Of a DNA stretch of 64,000 nucleotides, positions 8,822 to 17,849 are shown piece by piece. The translations under genes and the position numbers were made by a program. The stretch is from Bacillales bacterium UBA4855 (GTDB taxonomy: Bacteria > Bacillota_I > Bacilli_A > RFN20 > CAG-826), in contig DHEH01000004.1 of the NCBI GenBank assembly GCA_002399785.1, positions 19,107-83,106 of the forward strand, read 5' to 3'. Under the pieces are notes generated by a model, which worked only from the letters and a program-made list of their open reading frames with translations, did no database searches and was not told the origin of the DNA. Position 1 is the stretch's first letter. Each line of letters opens with the position of its first letter.

Positions 8822-10257
8822 TATTTAGCATCCTCAATTACATTATCGTTTTGATGTAATTCAACGTACTTTTGCCAAGGATATTTAAATTTGCCTTTAG
8901 AATTTAAGATCTTTAAAACTACAAATATTGCGACTATAAATAAACCAATACCAATCATCGCGTAAGAGCTAACAATACTCCAATTTCCGTCATCTCCCAT
9001 ATTGTAAGCATAATATCTTAAAGGTTCCAAAATAGCTCTTGTTGCCCCATACCACGCTAAATACCAACCAACTAACGAACCATTTGCATGATAATCTTTT
9101 CCTTTTACTTGTTTTAAACCAAATAAATTCATGATTCCGTATTCTATAAAGAAATATCCAGTAAAATTAATTAAAGCCTCAATAAAGAATAATGGAACGT
9201 AGATTTGATTAGCAGGAAGAGTAGGACCAATACTGCTATAATGCATATTATTTCTTATAAATGTTGGTATCCACATCCAATTTGCAATATCACTAGCATT
9301 GCCATGAACTTCACAATTGAAGAAGTTACCTATACGTCCAATTCCTTGAGCAACAAGAATTGTAGGAACAACAATATCGATTAATAGTAAATAATCAATA
9401 ACTTTATAACGACTAGATTTAATTCTAACAATTATCAAATAAACTATACCCGTAATAATACCAAAAACAGCGCCACCCATAATGGCTAATCCACCATCCC
9501 AAATAGCAAACATTTTTATAGGATCACTTGCATATGTCGCCCATTCACCAATTACGTACCAAGCTCTAGCACCGATAATTCCACAAGGAAAAGCTATAAA
9601 AAATACGACAGTAATTAAGCCGTTTTGTCCGTAAACTTTAAATAATTTGTAGTCGCAAATATAAAGAACTAAGCATGCTCCACTAATAATAAAAATTGCG
9701 TATAGAGCGATACTAAAGAAAGCTTCAGAAGATTTCCCACTATGATATTCAAGAGTAATTCCTTTACTACCAAAACAGATTTGATTAGCTAAAGGATAAA
9801 TTAAATAGCCAGCATTGCCTTGCATCATCATGAAGAAAAAGCCAATTGCTCCGATAACCGAAACATATTGAGTGACACGAATAATTAAAGAAGCCTTTTT
9901 ATCTTCAATCTTCTTTAGATACATTCTTATAAAAAGAATAGTGAAGAAAGACCATAAAAATACAATGAAAAACAAAGTGCCGAATATAATATAAAAGATG
10001 TCTAAGGAAGAAATAATGATTGATTTAGAGGTTAAATATTCAATAATACCTCCATTTGTAAAATAGGCAACTTGGGCTAAATAAAATCCAAGCAATAAAG
10101 CAATTCCAGGAATAACCAAATAAAGAATATGCGATTTTAGATATTTCAAATCAAAATCATCTTTGAAATCGTAAAATTTCTTCATAAAGAAATATGCGTA
10201 TGAAGCAACACCTCCAATAATTAGAATTGTTGCAATAATTGTAAAAGCTAAACTCAT
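8821..10257 (-). CDS. lgt: Prolipoprotein diacylglyceryl transferase with a roughly 175-aa N-terminal polytopic extension
   Basis: The C-terminal 300 aa carry Lgt motifs ('WDGGLAIMGGAVFG', 'GRIGNFFNCEVHG'). Total length is 478 aa, versus about 270-290 aa for typical Lgt. Confidence 0.85.
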   Translation of the reverse strand: MSLAFTIIATILIIGGVASYAYFFMKKFYDFKDDFDLKYLKSHILYLVIPGIALLLGFYLAQVAYFTNGGIIEYLTSKSIIISSLDIFYIIFGTLFFIVFLWSFFTILFIRMYLKKIEDKKASLIIRVTQYVSVIGAIGFFFMMMQGNAGYLIYPLANQICFGSKGITLEYHSGKSSEAFFSIALYAIFIISGACLVLYICDYKLFKVYGQNGLITVVFFIAFPCGIIGARAWYVIGEWATYASDPIKMFAIWDGGLAIMGGAVFGIITGIVYLIIVRIKSSRYKVIDYLLLIDIVVPTILVAQGIGRIGNFFNCEVHGNASDIANWMWIPTFIRNNMHYSSIGPTLPANQIYVPLFFIEALINFTGYFFIEYGIMNLFGLKQVKGKDYHANGSLVGWYLAWYGATRAILEPLRYYAYNMGDDGNWSIVSSYAMIGIGLFIVAIFVVLKILNSKGKFKYPWQKYVELHQNDNVIEDAK

Positions 10258-13112
10258 TTGATCTTTTCCTTTCTTAATTTATCGGCTTCAAGAACCCTTT
10301 TTAAATAATAACCAGTATAACTAATTGGACTCTTACAAATATCTTCAGGAGTTCCTTTAGCAATAATTTGACCGCCTTTATCGCCACCATTAGGCCCCAA
10401 ATCAACAACATAATCAGCCATTTTAACAACTTCGAGATTGTGTTCAATAACTAAAACAGTGTCGCCACCATCTACAATCTTTTGTAAAACTTTAAGTAAA
10501 CGTGCAACATCATCGACATGAAGGCCAGTTGTAGGTTCATCAAGAATAAACAAAGTTTTACCAGTTGGTTTCTTCTCTAAATAATAAGCAAGTTTAACTC
10601 TTTGAGCTTCGCCACCACTTAAAGTAGTGGCTGGTTGACCAACTTTTATATAACCAAGTCCAACATCGATAAGTGTCTTTAATTTTCTTGCTAAACCATA
10701 ATGATTCTTGAAAAAATTATACGCTTCATCGATTGTCATCTCTAAAACATCGTAAATATTCTTACCTTTATATGTGCACAATAAAGTTTCGTCATTGTAC
10801 CTTTTTCCGCCACATTCATCACACTTTACATAAACGTCTGGTAAAAAGTTCATAGGAATTTTGGTGACTCCTGCGCCATAGCAATGTTCACAACGACCTC
10901 CAGGAACATTAAAACTAAACCTTCCTTTATTATAATTGTGGGCTCTAGCTTCAACAGTTTGAGCAAAAATATCACGAATATCGTCAAAAGCTTTAACATA
11001 AGTTGCAGGATTACTTCTTGGCGTTCTTCCGATTGGTTCTTGGCTTATATTTATAACTTTATCAATATTTTGACTTCCTTTTAATTCCTTATAAGGACCA
11101 GGAATTACTGAGGATTTCTCAATTATTTTATACAAAGCATTATATAAAGTTTCGTTAATTAAACTAGATTTTCCACTTCCGCTAACTCCGGTAACACAAA
11201 CAAAACAACCGAGTGGTACTTTTAAATTAACAGATTTTAAATTGTTCAAAGTACATCCATTAATTTCAACAAATAAACCATTACCTTTGTTTCTAACAGA
11301 CGAAACAGCAATATATTTTTTTCCACTTAAATATTGTCCGGTAATCGACTCTTCACAATCTTCGATATCTTTTAACGAGCCAGCAGCGATAAGTTTTCCA
11401 CCATGTTCACCAGCTCCTGGACCAATATCAACTAAATAATCAGCACTTCTTATCATGTCTTCATCGTGCTCGACCACTATTAAAGTATTGCCTAAATCAC
11501 GCATCTCTTTTAAAGAAGCAATAAGTTTTTCACTATCTCTTTGATGTAAGCCAATGCTTGGTTCATCTAAAACATACAAAACCCCGCTCAACTTTGACCC
11601 GATTTGTGTGGCCAATCTAATTCGCTGAGACTCACCTCCACTTAAGGTCATAGCAAGTCTAGCTAAGGTTAAATATTCAAGTCCTACATCAATTAAAAAT
11701 TTAACTCTATTTTTAATTTCGTTAATGACAATACTTGCAACATTATTTTGATATTCATTTAATTTAGAAGGCAATTGACAGATGAAATCATATAATTTTT
11801 CAAGTGGCATTAAACAGATATCATATATATTTTTTTCATCGATCAATACCGAAAGAACTTCTTTACTAAGCCTTGCTCCATGGCATTCGCTACATTCAAC
11901 ATTAGTTAAAAACTTCGAGTAATATTCACGATTAAATTCGCTTGAAGTTTCAAAATACAATCTTTCAATTCTTGCTTTAACACCTTCAATATAACCATTT
12001 TTCTTGCTTATATTACCACTGCTACTTGTAATCGAATAAGCAAATGGCTCTTTACTTCCATTCATTATAATATCAACTTGTTCGGCAGTTAATTTCTTAA
12101 AAGGAACATTGATTGAAATGCTATAGTGATCAAGTAAAATTTTAAATGTTTGCCAATCAATATTGGTTGTATTGACTGTATTTTTATAATATAAAATTGC
12201 CCCTTCGCTGATGCTAATATCTTTATCTGGAACCAATAAATCTAGATCAACTTCTTGGTTAATTCCAAGTCCGTTACATTTTGGACAGCATCCTAAAGGC
12301 GAATTAAAACTAAATAAACGTGGTTCAAGTTTTGGAACTGTGAAGCCGCAAATTGGACACGAATTGTGCTCACTATAAAGTGTTTCAGCATCATTTGCTA
12401 GAACGATAACGTACCCGTTTCCCCAATCAACAGCTAATTCAACCGCTTCAAAAATACGACTTCGACTATCTTCTTTTAATGCGATTCTATCGATAACAAT
12501 ATCAAGATTGTGACGTAGATTTTTATCTAAACATTCATTAAATTCATCAAGAGAAATAATTTGACCATCCAATCTAATTCTTGTGAAACCAGCTTTTTTA
12601 ATTTTATCTAAATTGTCTTTTTGAGATCCTTTTTCATTTTTAACAATAGGAGCCAATATTTGAATTCGAGAATTTAAATTATTTTCCATTATAATCGAAG
12701 TAATTTTTTGAACAGAAGAGGAGACAATAGGAATGTGATGAGTTGGACAATAAGGAACACCAACACGGCTATAAAGAAGACGTAAATAATCATAAATTTC
12801 TGTTACTGTACCAACTGTACTTCTTGGATTATGAGATACACTTTTTTGATCAATAGCAATTGAAGGCGATAGACCTTCAATTGATTCAACATCAGGTTTC
12901 TCAAAATTACCAAGGAATTGACGAGCATAACTTGATAAAGACTCAACATATCTTCTTTGTCCCTCAGCAAAAATAGTATCAAAAGCTAAAGTGGATTTAC
13001 CGCTTCCACTAACACCAGTAAAAACAATTAATTTGTCTTTAGGTATATCTACATCGAGGTTTTTTAAGTTGTTTTCTTTAGCGCCTCTAACTTTAATCCA
13101 ATTGCTACTCAT
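10254..13112 (-). CDS. uvrA: Excinuclease ABC subunit A
   Basis: 952 aa with 'IKVRGAKENNLKNLDVDIP', two Walker A sites (GVSGSGKS twice), two LSGGE signatures and zinc-finger Cys clusters. Confidence 0.97.
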   Translation of the reverse strand: MSSNWIKVRGAKENNLKNLDVDIPKDKLIVFTGVSGSGKSTLAFDTIFAEGQRRYVESLSSYARQFLGNFEKPDVESIEGLSPSIAIDQKSVSHNPRSTVGTVTEIYDYLRLLYSRVGVPYCPTHHIPIVSSSVQKITSIIMENNLNSRIQILAPIVKNEKGSQKDNLDKIKKAGFTRIRLDGQIISLDEFNECLDKNLRHNLDIVIDRIALKEDSRSRIFEAVELAVDWGNGYVIVLANDAETLYSEHNSCPICGFTVPKLEPRLFSFNSPLGCCPKCNGLGINQEVDLDLLVPDKDISISEGAILYYKNTVNTTNIDWQTFKILLDHYSISINVPFKKLTAEQVDIIMNGSKEPFAYSITSSSGNISKKNGYIEGVKARIERLYFETSSEFNREYYSKFLTNVECSECHGARLSKEVLSVLIDEKNIYDICLMPLEKLYDFICQLPSKLNEYQNNVASIVINEIKNRVKFLIDVGLEYLTLARLAMTLSGGESQRIRLATQIGSKLSGVLYVLDEPSIGLHQRDSEKLIASLKEMRDLGNTLIVVEHDEDMIRSADYLVDIGPGAGEHGGKLIAAGSLKDIEDCEESITGQYLSGKKYIAVSSVRNKGNGLFVEINGCTLNNLKSVNLKVPLGCFVCVTGVSGSGKSSLINETLYNALYKIIEKSSVIPGPYKELKGSQNIDKVINISQEPIGRTPRSNPATYVKAFDDIRDIFAQTVEARAHNYNKGRFSFNVPGGRCEHCYGAGVTKIPMNFLPDVYVKCDECGGKRYNDETLLCTYKGKNIYDVLEMTIDEAYNFFKNHYGLARKLKTLIDVGLGYIKVGQPATTLSGGEAQRVKLAYYLEKKPTGKTLFILDEPTTGLHVDDVARLLKVLQKIVDGGDTVLVIEHNLEVVKMADYVVDLGPNGGDKGGQIIAKGTPEDICKSPISYTGYYLKRVLEADKLRKEKIK

Positions 13113-13127
13113 AATTATAAATTATAG

Positions 13128-13157
13128 CAAAAAAACATATAACTTAAAGTTATATGT
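13128..13157 (-). terminator. Palindrome/hairpin between the hemolysin-III gene and uvrA (terminator-like; could also be an operator)
   Basis: ACATATAACTT-A-AAGTTATATGT is a perfect 11+11 palindrome at 13135..13157. It is preceded on the plus strand by an A-run, which is a T-run after the hairpin on the minus strand. Confidence 0.45.
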
Positions 13158-13208
13158 CTTAAATTTATTTATAATAGACTTTTTTGTTTAATATCAAATT
13201 TTTCTTAT

Positions 13209-13925
13209 TTAAAGAACGAAGAAATAAACACCAATAAACTGTAAAATAATGCCAATCAAAACAAAGAAATGGAACACAGTGTGCCACCAAACGCTTTTTT
13301 TAGAACCAATACCATATAAAATAGAACCAATTGTAAAAGCAACTCCACCACCTAATAAAAAACCAAAACCGCTCCAACCTATCGTATTAATTAAAGCATC
13401 GCTAGCAAAAATAATTGACCAACCAACTCCAACATAAATCAACATACTTAATACATTATATTTTTTAATATTAATACTATTCATCGTGATCCCTAAGGCA
13501 ATTAATGCCCAAGCAATCGCAAAAATAATCCATCCGCTATGAGTAATAAGCCCTCCCCAACATGGCTCATTTCTAATAGCACAAAGACAAAAAATTGAAT
13601 AAGTGCAACCAACTAAAACAAATACAAAATCATGATCAATAACTCTAAATACTCTTTTCCCGTTGTTTCGAGCTAAAGCATGATACAAACAAGAGATAGT
13701 CATACAACTAATAATTCCAAATACATAAATAGATGAACAAACAATTTGATAAACAAAGTTTGTATCATGCGCGACTTCTGGATTATTTGGATAAATACCA
13801 TTAATTTTTAACATCATTAAAACTAAAGCAACAATTCCAAAAATTGCACCTAGACCATGACTTATCGAATTCCATAATTCATGTCTTAATTTATAATTTG
13901 GTAATGTAATTTCTTCTACACTCAT
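13209..13925 (-). CDS. Hemolysin III / PAQR-family membrane protein
   Basis: 7-TM ORF with N-terminal 'ELWNSISHGLG', 'CLYHAL' and C-terminal 'WWHTVFHFFVL' His motifs typical of the YplQ/HlyIII family. Confidence 0.8.
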   Translation of the reverse strand: MSVEEITLPNYKLRHELWNSISHGLGAIFGIVALVLMMLKINGIYPNNPEVAHDTNFVYQIVCSSIYVFGIISCMTISCLYHALARNNGKRVFRVIDHDFVFVLVGCTYSIFCLCAIRNEPCWGGLITHSGWIIFAIAWALIALGITMNSINIKKYNVLSMLIYVGVGWSIIFASDALINTIGWSGFGFLLGGGVAFTIGSILYGIGSKKSVWWHTVFHFFVLIGIILQFIGVYFFVL

Positions 13926-14005
13926 AATTCCCTCATCTAGTTTTCAATACTATTATACACATTATGCAAAACAAGTAAATAATCACTTAAATAAAAAGAA
14001 AAAAA

Positions 14006-14024
14006 GCAGTTCTTTTTGAACTAC
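14006..14024 (-). terminator. Weak rho-independent terminator downstream of plsC
   Basis: On the minus strand, GTAGTTC-AAAAA-GAACTGC is followed by TTTTTTT. The hairpin overlaps the plsC stop codon. Confidence 0.4.
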
Positions 14025-14839
14025 TTTTCTAAATATCCCTTGTAAATCCCCTCTAATTTTTCCGAAATAGCAACAGTTCCATTTTTAACTATATCTTCAT
14101 TTTTAATAATAGTTAACACTTTTGCCTCACATTTAGTAGGAATTATTATGCGATGTTTTTTAATTTTTTCTGCACCTTTGATACCAACAACAACAATATC
14201 GCATCCACCTTTTTGAGCTATTTTTAAGGCTCCAGGATGAAATGGTAAAAGAATTTTATCAGTTTTATTTCTTGTTCCTTCTGGAGCAATACTGATTGAA
14301 GCTTGTCCACTTTCTACAATCTTTGTGGCTTGAATAATTGTTTTGATTGCATTGAAATCATTTTGACGATCAATTGGTAAATAGCCTGCATTGTGTAAAA
14401 ATTTACCACAAACAAATATTTTCATATTTTCTGGCTTAGTAATACAAAGCAAATCTTTACCTCTAACTTTTGATATAAGCATTATTGGATCGAAATTTGA
14501 TTTATGATTGTAAATATATAAATAATTTTTTTTCTTATCTATTTCTTTAAAACCAACATATTTTGTATGGACATTCATCCAGAACAAAAATTGAAAACAA
14601 TATTGTTGAAGCCACCGTAAACAATATTTTGATGGTTTTTTAATTGGTTTTGTCGAAGACATAAATAATGAATTAACAATTAAATAAATTACTGATAATC
14701 CGAATGCAGCGATAAAAAAGACAATTAAACCAACAGGAATAACCCAAAAATATATCCAATTTTTATATAGTGATAATCCAAAATATAAACCCAGCGTTGA
14801 AGCAATGCTAATCAACACAAAAATAACACTTAATATCAT
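14021..14839 (-). CDS. plsC: 1-acyl-sn-glycerol-3-phosphate acyltransferase-family protein with N-terminal TM anchor
   Basis: Acyltransferase HX4D motif 'NHKSNFDP' and 'IAPEGTRNKT'. Confidence 0.8.
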   Translation of the reverse strand: MILSVIFVLISIASTLGLYFGLSLYKNWIYFWVIPVGLIVFFIAAFGLSVIYLIVNSLFMSSTKPIKKPSKYCLRWLQQYCFQFLFWMNVHTKYVGFKEIDKKKNYLYIYNHKSNFDPIMLISKVRGKDLLCITKPENMKIFVCGKFLHNAGYLPIDRQNDFNAIKTIIQATKIVESGQASISIAPEGTRNKTDKILLPFHPGALKIAQKGGCDIVVVGIKGAEKIKKHRIIIPTKCEAKVLTIIKNEDIVKNGTVAISEKLEGIYKGYLEK

Positions 14840-14962
14840 AGTGATATTATATATAATCTTTTTTTGATGTATACAAATAGTTTGCTCTTTACAAAGAATT
14901 TTTTACAATATTTTTTTATATTTGATTTATAATAAGGTCAATTATAGAGAAGGTACATTTTT

Positions 14963-15403
14963 ATGGAATTAAATGGGATGTTTGCTAATAGTGTAAGCAT
15001 TATTGCCATTGAAAAAAACGAAAAATTTTATTCGATGGCTTGTGCATGGGCTACTCAAATTGATTATGATCGTTTGATTATGTGTATCGGAAGTCAATCT
15101 GATACCGGGAACGTATTAAATGTTGGAGATATGGTTGGCATATCAGTTTTAAGTTCATCTCAACAAGATATAGCAGATAAAATTGGTTCAAAACACTCTC
15201 TTGATGTTGATAAAAGAACGCTTGTTGATTTTGATCTTTGCAAAAGTACATACCTCATTAAAGGATCTAAAACTAAAATTATCGGAAAAGTAATTTATAT
15301 TGATCATTATAAAGAAGCCATCAAAGATAAAATTGTTCAAATTAGAGTCATTGAAGGCAGTATTGATGAATCATCTGAATTCTTAATTTATAAACATCAT
15401 TAA
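14963..15403 (+). CDS. Flavin-reductase-like (split-barrel FMN-binding) domain protein
   Basis: 146 aa. 'SIIAIEKNEKFYSMACAWATQIDYDRLIMCIG' and 'GISVLSSSQQDIADKIG' resemble the PF01613 pattern. This is a weak call. Confidence 0.4.
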   Translation: MELNGMFANSVSIIAIEKNEKFYSMACAWATQIDYDRLIMCIGSQSDTGNVLNVGDMVGISVLSSSQQDIADKIGSKHSLDVDKRTLVDFDLCKSTYLIKGSKTKIIGKVIYIDHYKEAIKDKIVQIRVIEGSIDESSEFLIYKHH

Positions 15404-15423
15404 TATTAAAAATTACTAAATTA

Positions 15424-15457
15424 AAACCTCTAATTTTGTGTTAAATTCGAGGTTTTT
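15424..15457. terminator. Bidirectional terminator-like hairpin between convergent genes
   Basis: Stem AAACCTC/GAGGTTT (7 bp) with an 18-nt loop, followed by a T-run. Confidence 0.35.
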
Positions 15458-15476
15458 AATTAAAGCATTTATATAA

Positions 15477-16040
15477 TTATTTATTTTTTGTAAAGAAAAC
15501 TTCAGCTTCAGCAACAAATTTTTCAAAGTCAAAAGATGAATTTTGAAGTCCTTTATGAACGATAGCTCCATCAGTTAAGATTAATATTAACCAAGAGAGA
15601 AATTTAGCTTCTTCTTGACCATATTCTCCTTCTAGCCTTTTATAAATTGAATCATTAAAAGAATTGTATTTACTAATCATTTTCTCTTTTAAAACTTGGT
15701 TTCCGTTAGTGCATTCAGCAAGTAAATTAATTCTTAAAGAAGGCGATCCGGTTCCCTTAAGTAAAACAAATTTTACAATTCTATGAAGCGAGGTATCTTT
15801 TTCTTTATTATCAATCCAAACAATTAATTCGTTATATAATTCATCAATTCTTTTTGAAAAAATATCGTAAACAATATCACTTTTGTTTTGATAATAATAA
15901 TAGATAGTTCCACTACTTATATGACAATTTTCAGCAACATCTCTTAAAGAAATATCCGAAAAATTCTTTTTTTGTAATAAATTCTCTGTTTCCTTTAAAA
16001 TCAATTCTTTAATATTTTCGTTTGATCTTTTCTTTCCCAT
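15477..16040 (-). CDS. TetR/AcrR-family transcriptional regulator
   Basis: N-terminal HTH 'FSDISLRDVAENCHISSGTIYYYYQNKSDI'. It is divergent from the 16140 operon. Confidence 0.85.
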   Translation of the reverse strand: MGKKRSNENIKELILKETENLLQKKNFSDISLRDVAENCHISSGTIYYYYQNKSDIVYDIFSKRIDELYNELIVWIDNKEKDTSLHRIVKFVLLKGTGSPSLRINLLAECTNGNQVLKEKMISKYNSFNDSIYKRLEGEYGQEEAKFLSWLILILTDGAIVHKGLQNSSFDFEKFVAEAEVFFTKNK

Positions 16041-16061
16041 AATTCATTCCTTTAAAATATA

Positions 16062-16090
16062 TTGTTTTGCAATTCATTCTATTATATACT
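16062..16090 (+). promoter_or_regulatory. Candidate sigma-70-type promoter of the 16140 operon
   Basis: TTGTTT (16062-16067), a 17-nt spacer, then TATACT (16085-16090). The palindromic operator candidate lies just downstream. Confidence 0.35.
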
Positions 16091-16102
16091 AAAAATAATC
16101 AA

Positions 16103-16118
16103 TCGGTCAATTGACCGA
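16103..16118. promoter_or_regulatory. Perfect 16-bp palindrome, candidate TetR operator
   Basis: TCGGTCAATTGACCGA is a perfect inverted repeat in the divergent TetR / operon intergenic region. A 14/16 copy lies at 30350..30365. Confidence 0.5.
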
Positions 16119-16139
16119 CATAATTTTATGGGGCGATAA

Positions 16140-17849
16140 ATGAAAATTAAAACATTACAGAGAAAAATTAAAAAACTCTATCCTTCAGTAGTTGTAGACA
16201 CAAAAGATGGTTGTGTACACTTAACAGGTACTCTTGATAATCGGGATGACATTGTTAATGCTGGTTATATGTCTGTTGATAAGAAGCGTTACCTTGGAGT
16301 TCTTAACGATATTAAGTTAAAAGGATTTGAAGAACCAAAAATACGTATTCCAAAAACTAACGATACTACCCTAGATGGTTTAAGAGTTGATTGTTTAGTA
16401 ATTGGAGGCGGAATTTCTGGCACTTCAATTCTAAGAGAATTAACAAGATATAACATATCTACTTTACTTGTTGAAAAAGAAAGCGATTTAGCGATGCAAG
16501 CAAGTGGTAGAAACGATGGAGAAGTACATCCGGGTGTCGACTTAAATAAAGGAAGTAAAAAACAATATTATGTCGTTCGTTCTAACCCTGAATTTGGAAA
16601 TATTTGTAAAGAATTGGATGTTGATTTTGTTAGACGTGGACAATATGCTTGTTTCGATAAACCAATTAATCCACTATTAAAATTATATGCTAAATTTAGA
16701 TCGATGAATGGCTGCCCAACGACAGTTGCTAATAAAAAAGAGATTGAAGAAAAAGAAACTCATTTTACAAAGAAGGTAAAATGCGCAATTTCTAATCCTC
16801 AATCAGGAGTTGTTTCTCCATATGAATTAACAATTGCTTTTGCTGAAAATGCTGTTAGTAACGGAGCAAAAGTTTCTTTAGATACCGCAATTTTAGATAT
16901 TGAAGTTAAAGGGGATAAAATTATTTCAGTAGAAACAAATAAAGGAACAATCTATCCAAAAGTAGTCATCAATGCAGCTGGTTGTTTTTCAGACAAAATT
17001 GCTGATATGGCTAACGATAGATTCTTTACTATTCATCCACGTAGTGGCACTGATTTCATTTTCGATAATAAAATCAGTGGTCAAATAAACCATATTTCAT
17101 CTTTTGTTGGCGCAAAAAAGAATAAAAAGAAACATTCTAAAGGTGGCGGAATAGTTAAAACTATAGATAATAATATTTTAATTGGTCCAAACGCCTACGA
17201 AACTCCTTATAGAGAAGATTATTCGGTGGTTGCCGGTTCTTTAGATGAAATAATTAAAAAGCAAGAAAGACTCTTACCATCATTAAACAAGAAAGATGTC
17301 ATCGCTTATTTTACTGGAACAAGAGCCGCAACATACGAAGAGGATTTTTATATCAATAAAGGTAGAAAAACCAAAAATATCGTTCATTGCGCTGGTATCC
17401 AATCACCTGGATTAACTACTGCTCCACTTGTGGCCAAAGATGTTAGTAAAATGGCTATCGAAGAATTGAGTGAAGTTATGAAAGTTGAAGAAAATAAGAG
17501 CTTTAATCCAATAAGAAAAAAGGATCCTATATTAAGAAAATTAAGTTCAGAAGAACGTAATGCTTTAATCAAAAAGAATCCAAGTTACGGAAGAATTGTT
17601 TGCCGTTGTGAACAAATCAGTGAAGGCGAAATAATTGATTGCCTTAATAGAAACATCAAGGTTCCAACAATTAACGGAATTAAACGTCGTGTTAGACCCG
17701 GTATGGGTCGTTGCCAAGGTGGTTTCTGTATGCCGCTTGTTGCTAAAATAATCTCAGATCACGAAAAATTTAATATATATGACGTTAAAGGAAAACAAAG
17801 TGATTATCCAGTTACCTTTAAATCAAATAAAAGAGAGAACCATGATTAA
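16140..17849 (+). CDS. FAD-dependent oxidoreductase of the GlpA / glycerol-3-phosphate-dehydrogenase-like family, with a C-terminal BFD-like [2Fe-2S] domain and an N-terminal BON-like extension
   Basis: 'DCLVIGGGISGTSILREL' dinucleotide fold. The C-terminal 'CRCEQISEGEI....RPGMGRCQGGFC' is a BFD-type motif. The first roughly 70 aa look BON-like. Confidence 0.8.
   Translation: MKIKTLQRKIKKLYPSVVVDTKDGCVHLTGTLDNRDDIVNAGYMSVDKKRYLGVLNDIKLKGFEEPKIRIPKTNDTTLDGLRVDCLVIGGGISGTSILRELTRYNISTLLVEKESDLAMQASGRNDGEVHPGVDLNKGSKKQYYVVRSNPEFGNICKELDVDFVRRGQYACFDKPINPLLKLYAKFRSMNGCPTTVANKKEIEEKETHFTKKVKCAISNPQSGVVSPYELTIAFAENAVSNGAKVSLDTAILDIEVKGDKIISVETNKGTIYPKVVINAAGCFSDKIADMANDRFFTIHPRSGTDFIFDNKISGQINHISSFVGAKKNKKKHSKGGGIVKTIDNNILIGPNAYETPYREDYSVVAGSLDEIIKKQERLLPSLNKKDVIAYFTGTRAATYEEDFYINKGRKTKNIVHCAGIQSPGLTTAPLVAKDVSKMAIEELSEVMKVEENKSFNPIRKKDPILRKLSSEERNALIKKNPSYGRIVCRCEQISEGEIIDCLNRNIKVPTINGIKRRVRPGMGRCQGGFCMPLVAKIISDHEKFNIYDVKGKQSDYPVTFKSNKRENHD

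Noticed and set aside
17779-17841. Longer N-terminal extensions given by the ORF track, for example 17779 for the second flavoprotein, 19438 for the kinase and 34157 for PFOR. Others are 38297 for the ABC protein, 41487 for psuG, 42290 for the thioesterase, 50980, 52435 for the IS110 transposase and 59948 for the sensor PBP.
   Set aside because: In each case a downstream ATG has a proper SD and/or begins exactly at the conserved N-terminus or signal peptide. The extension overlaps the preceding gene without homology support.
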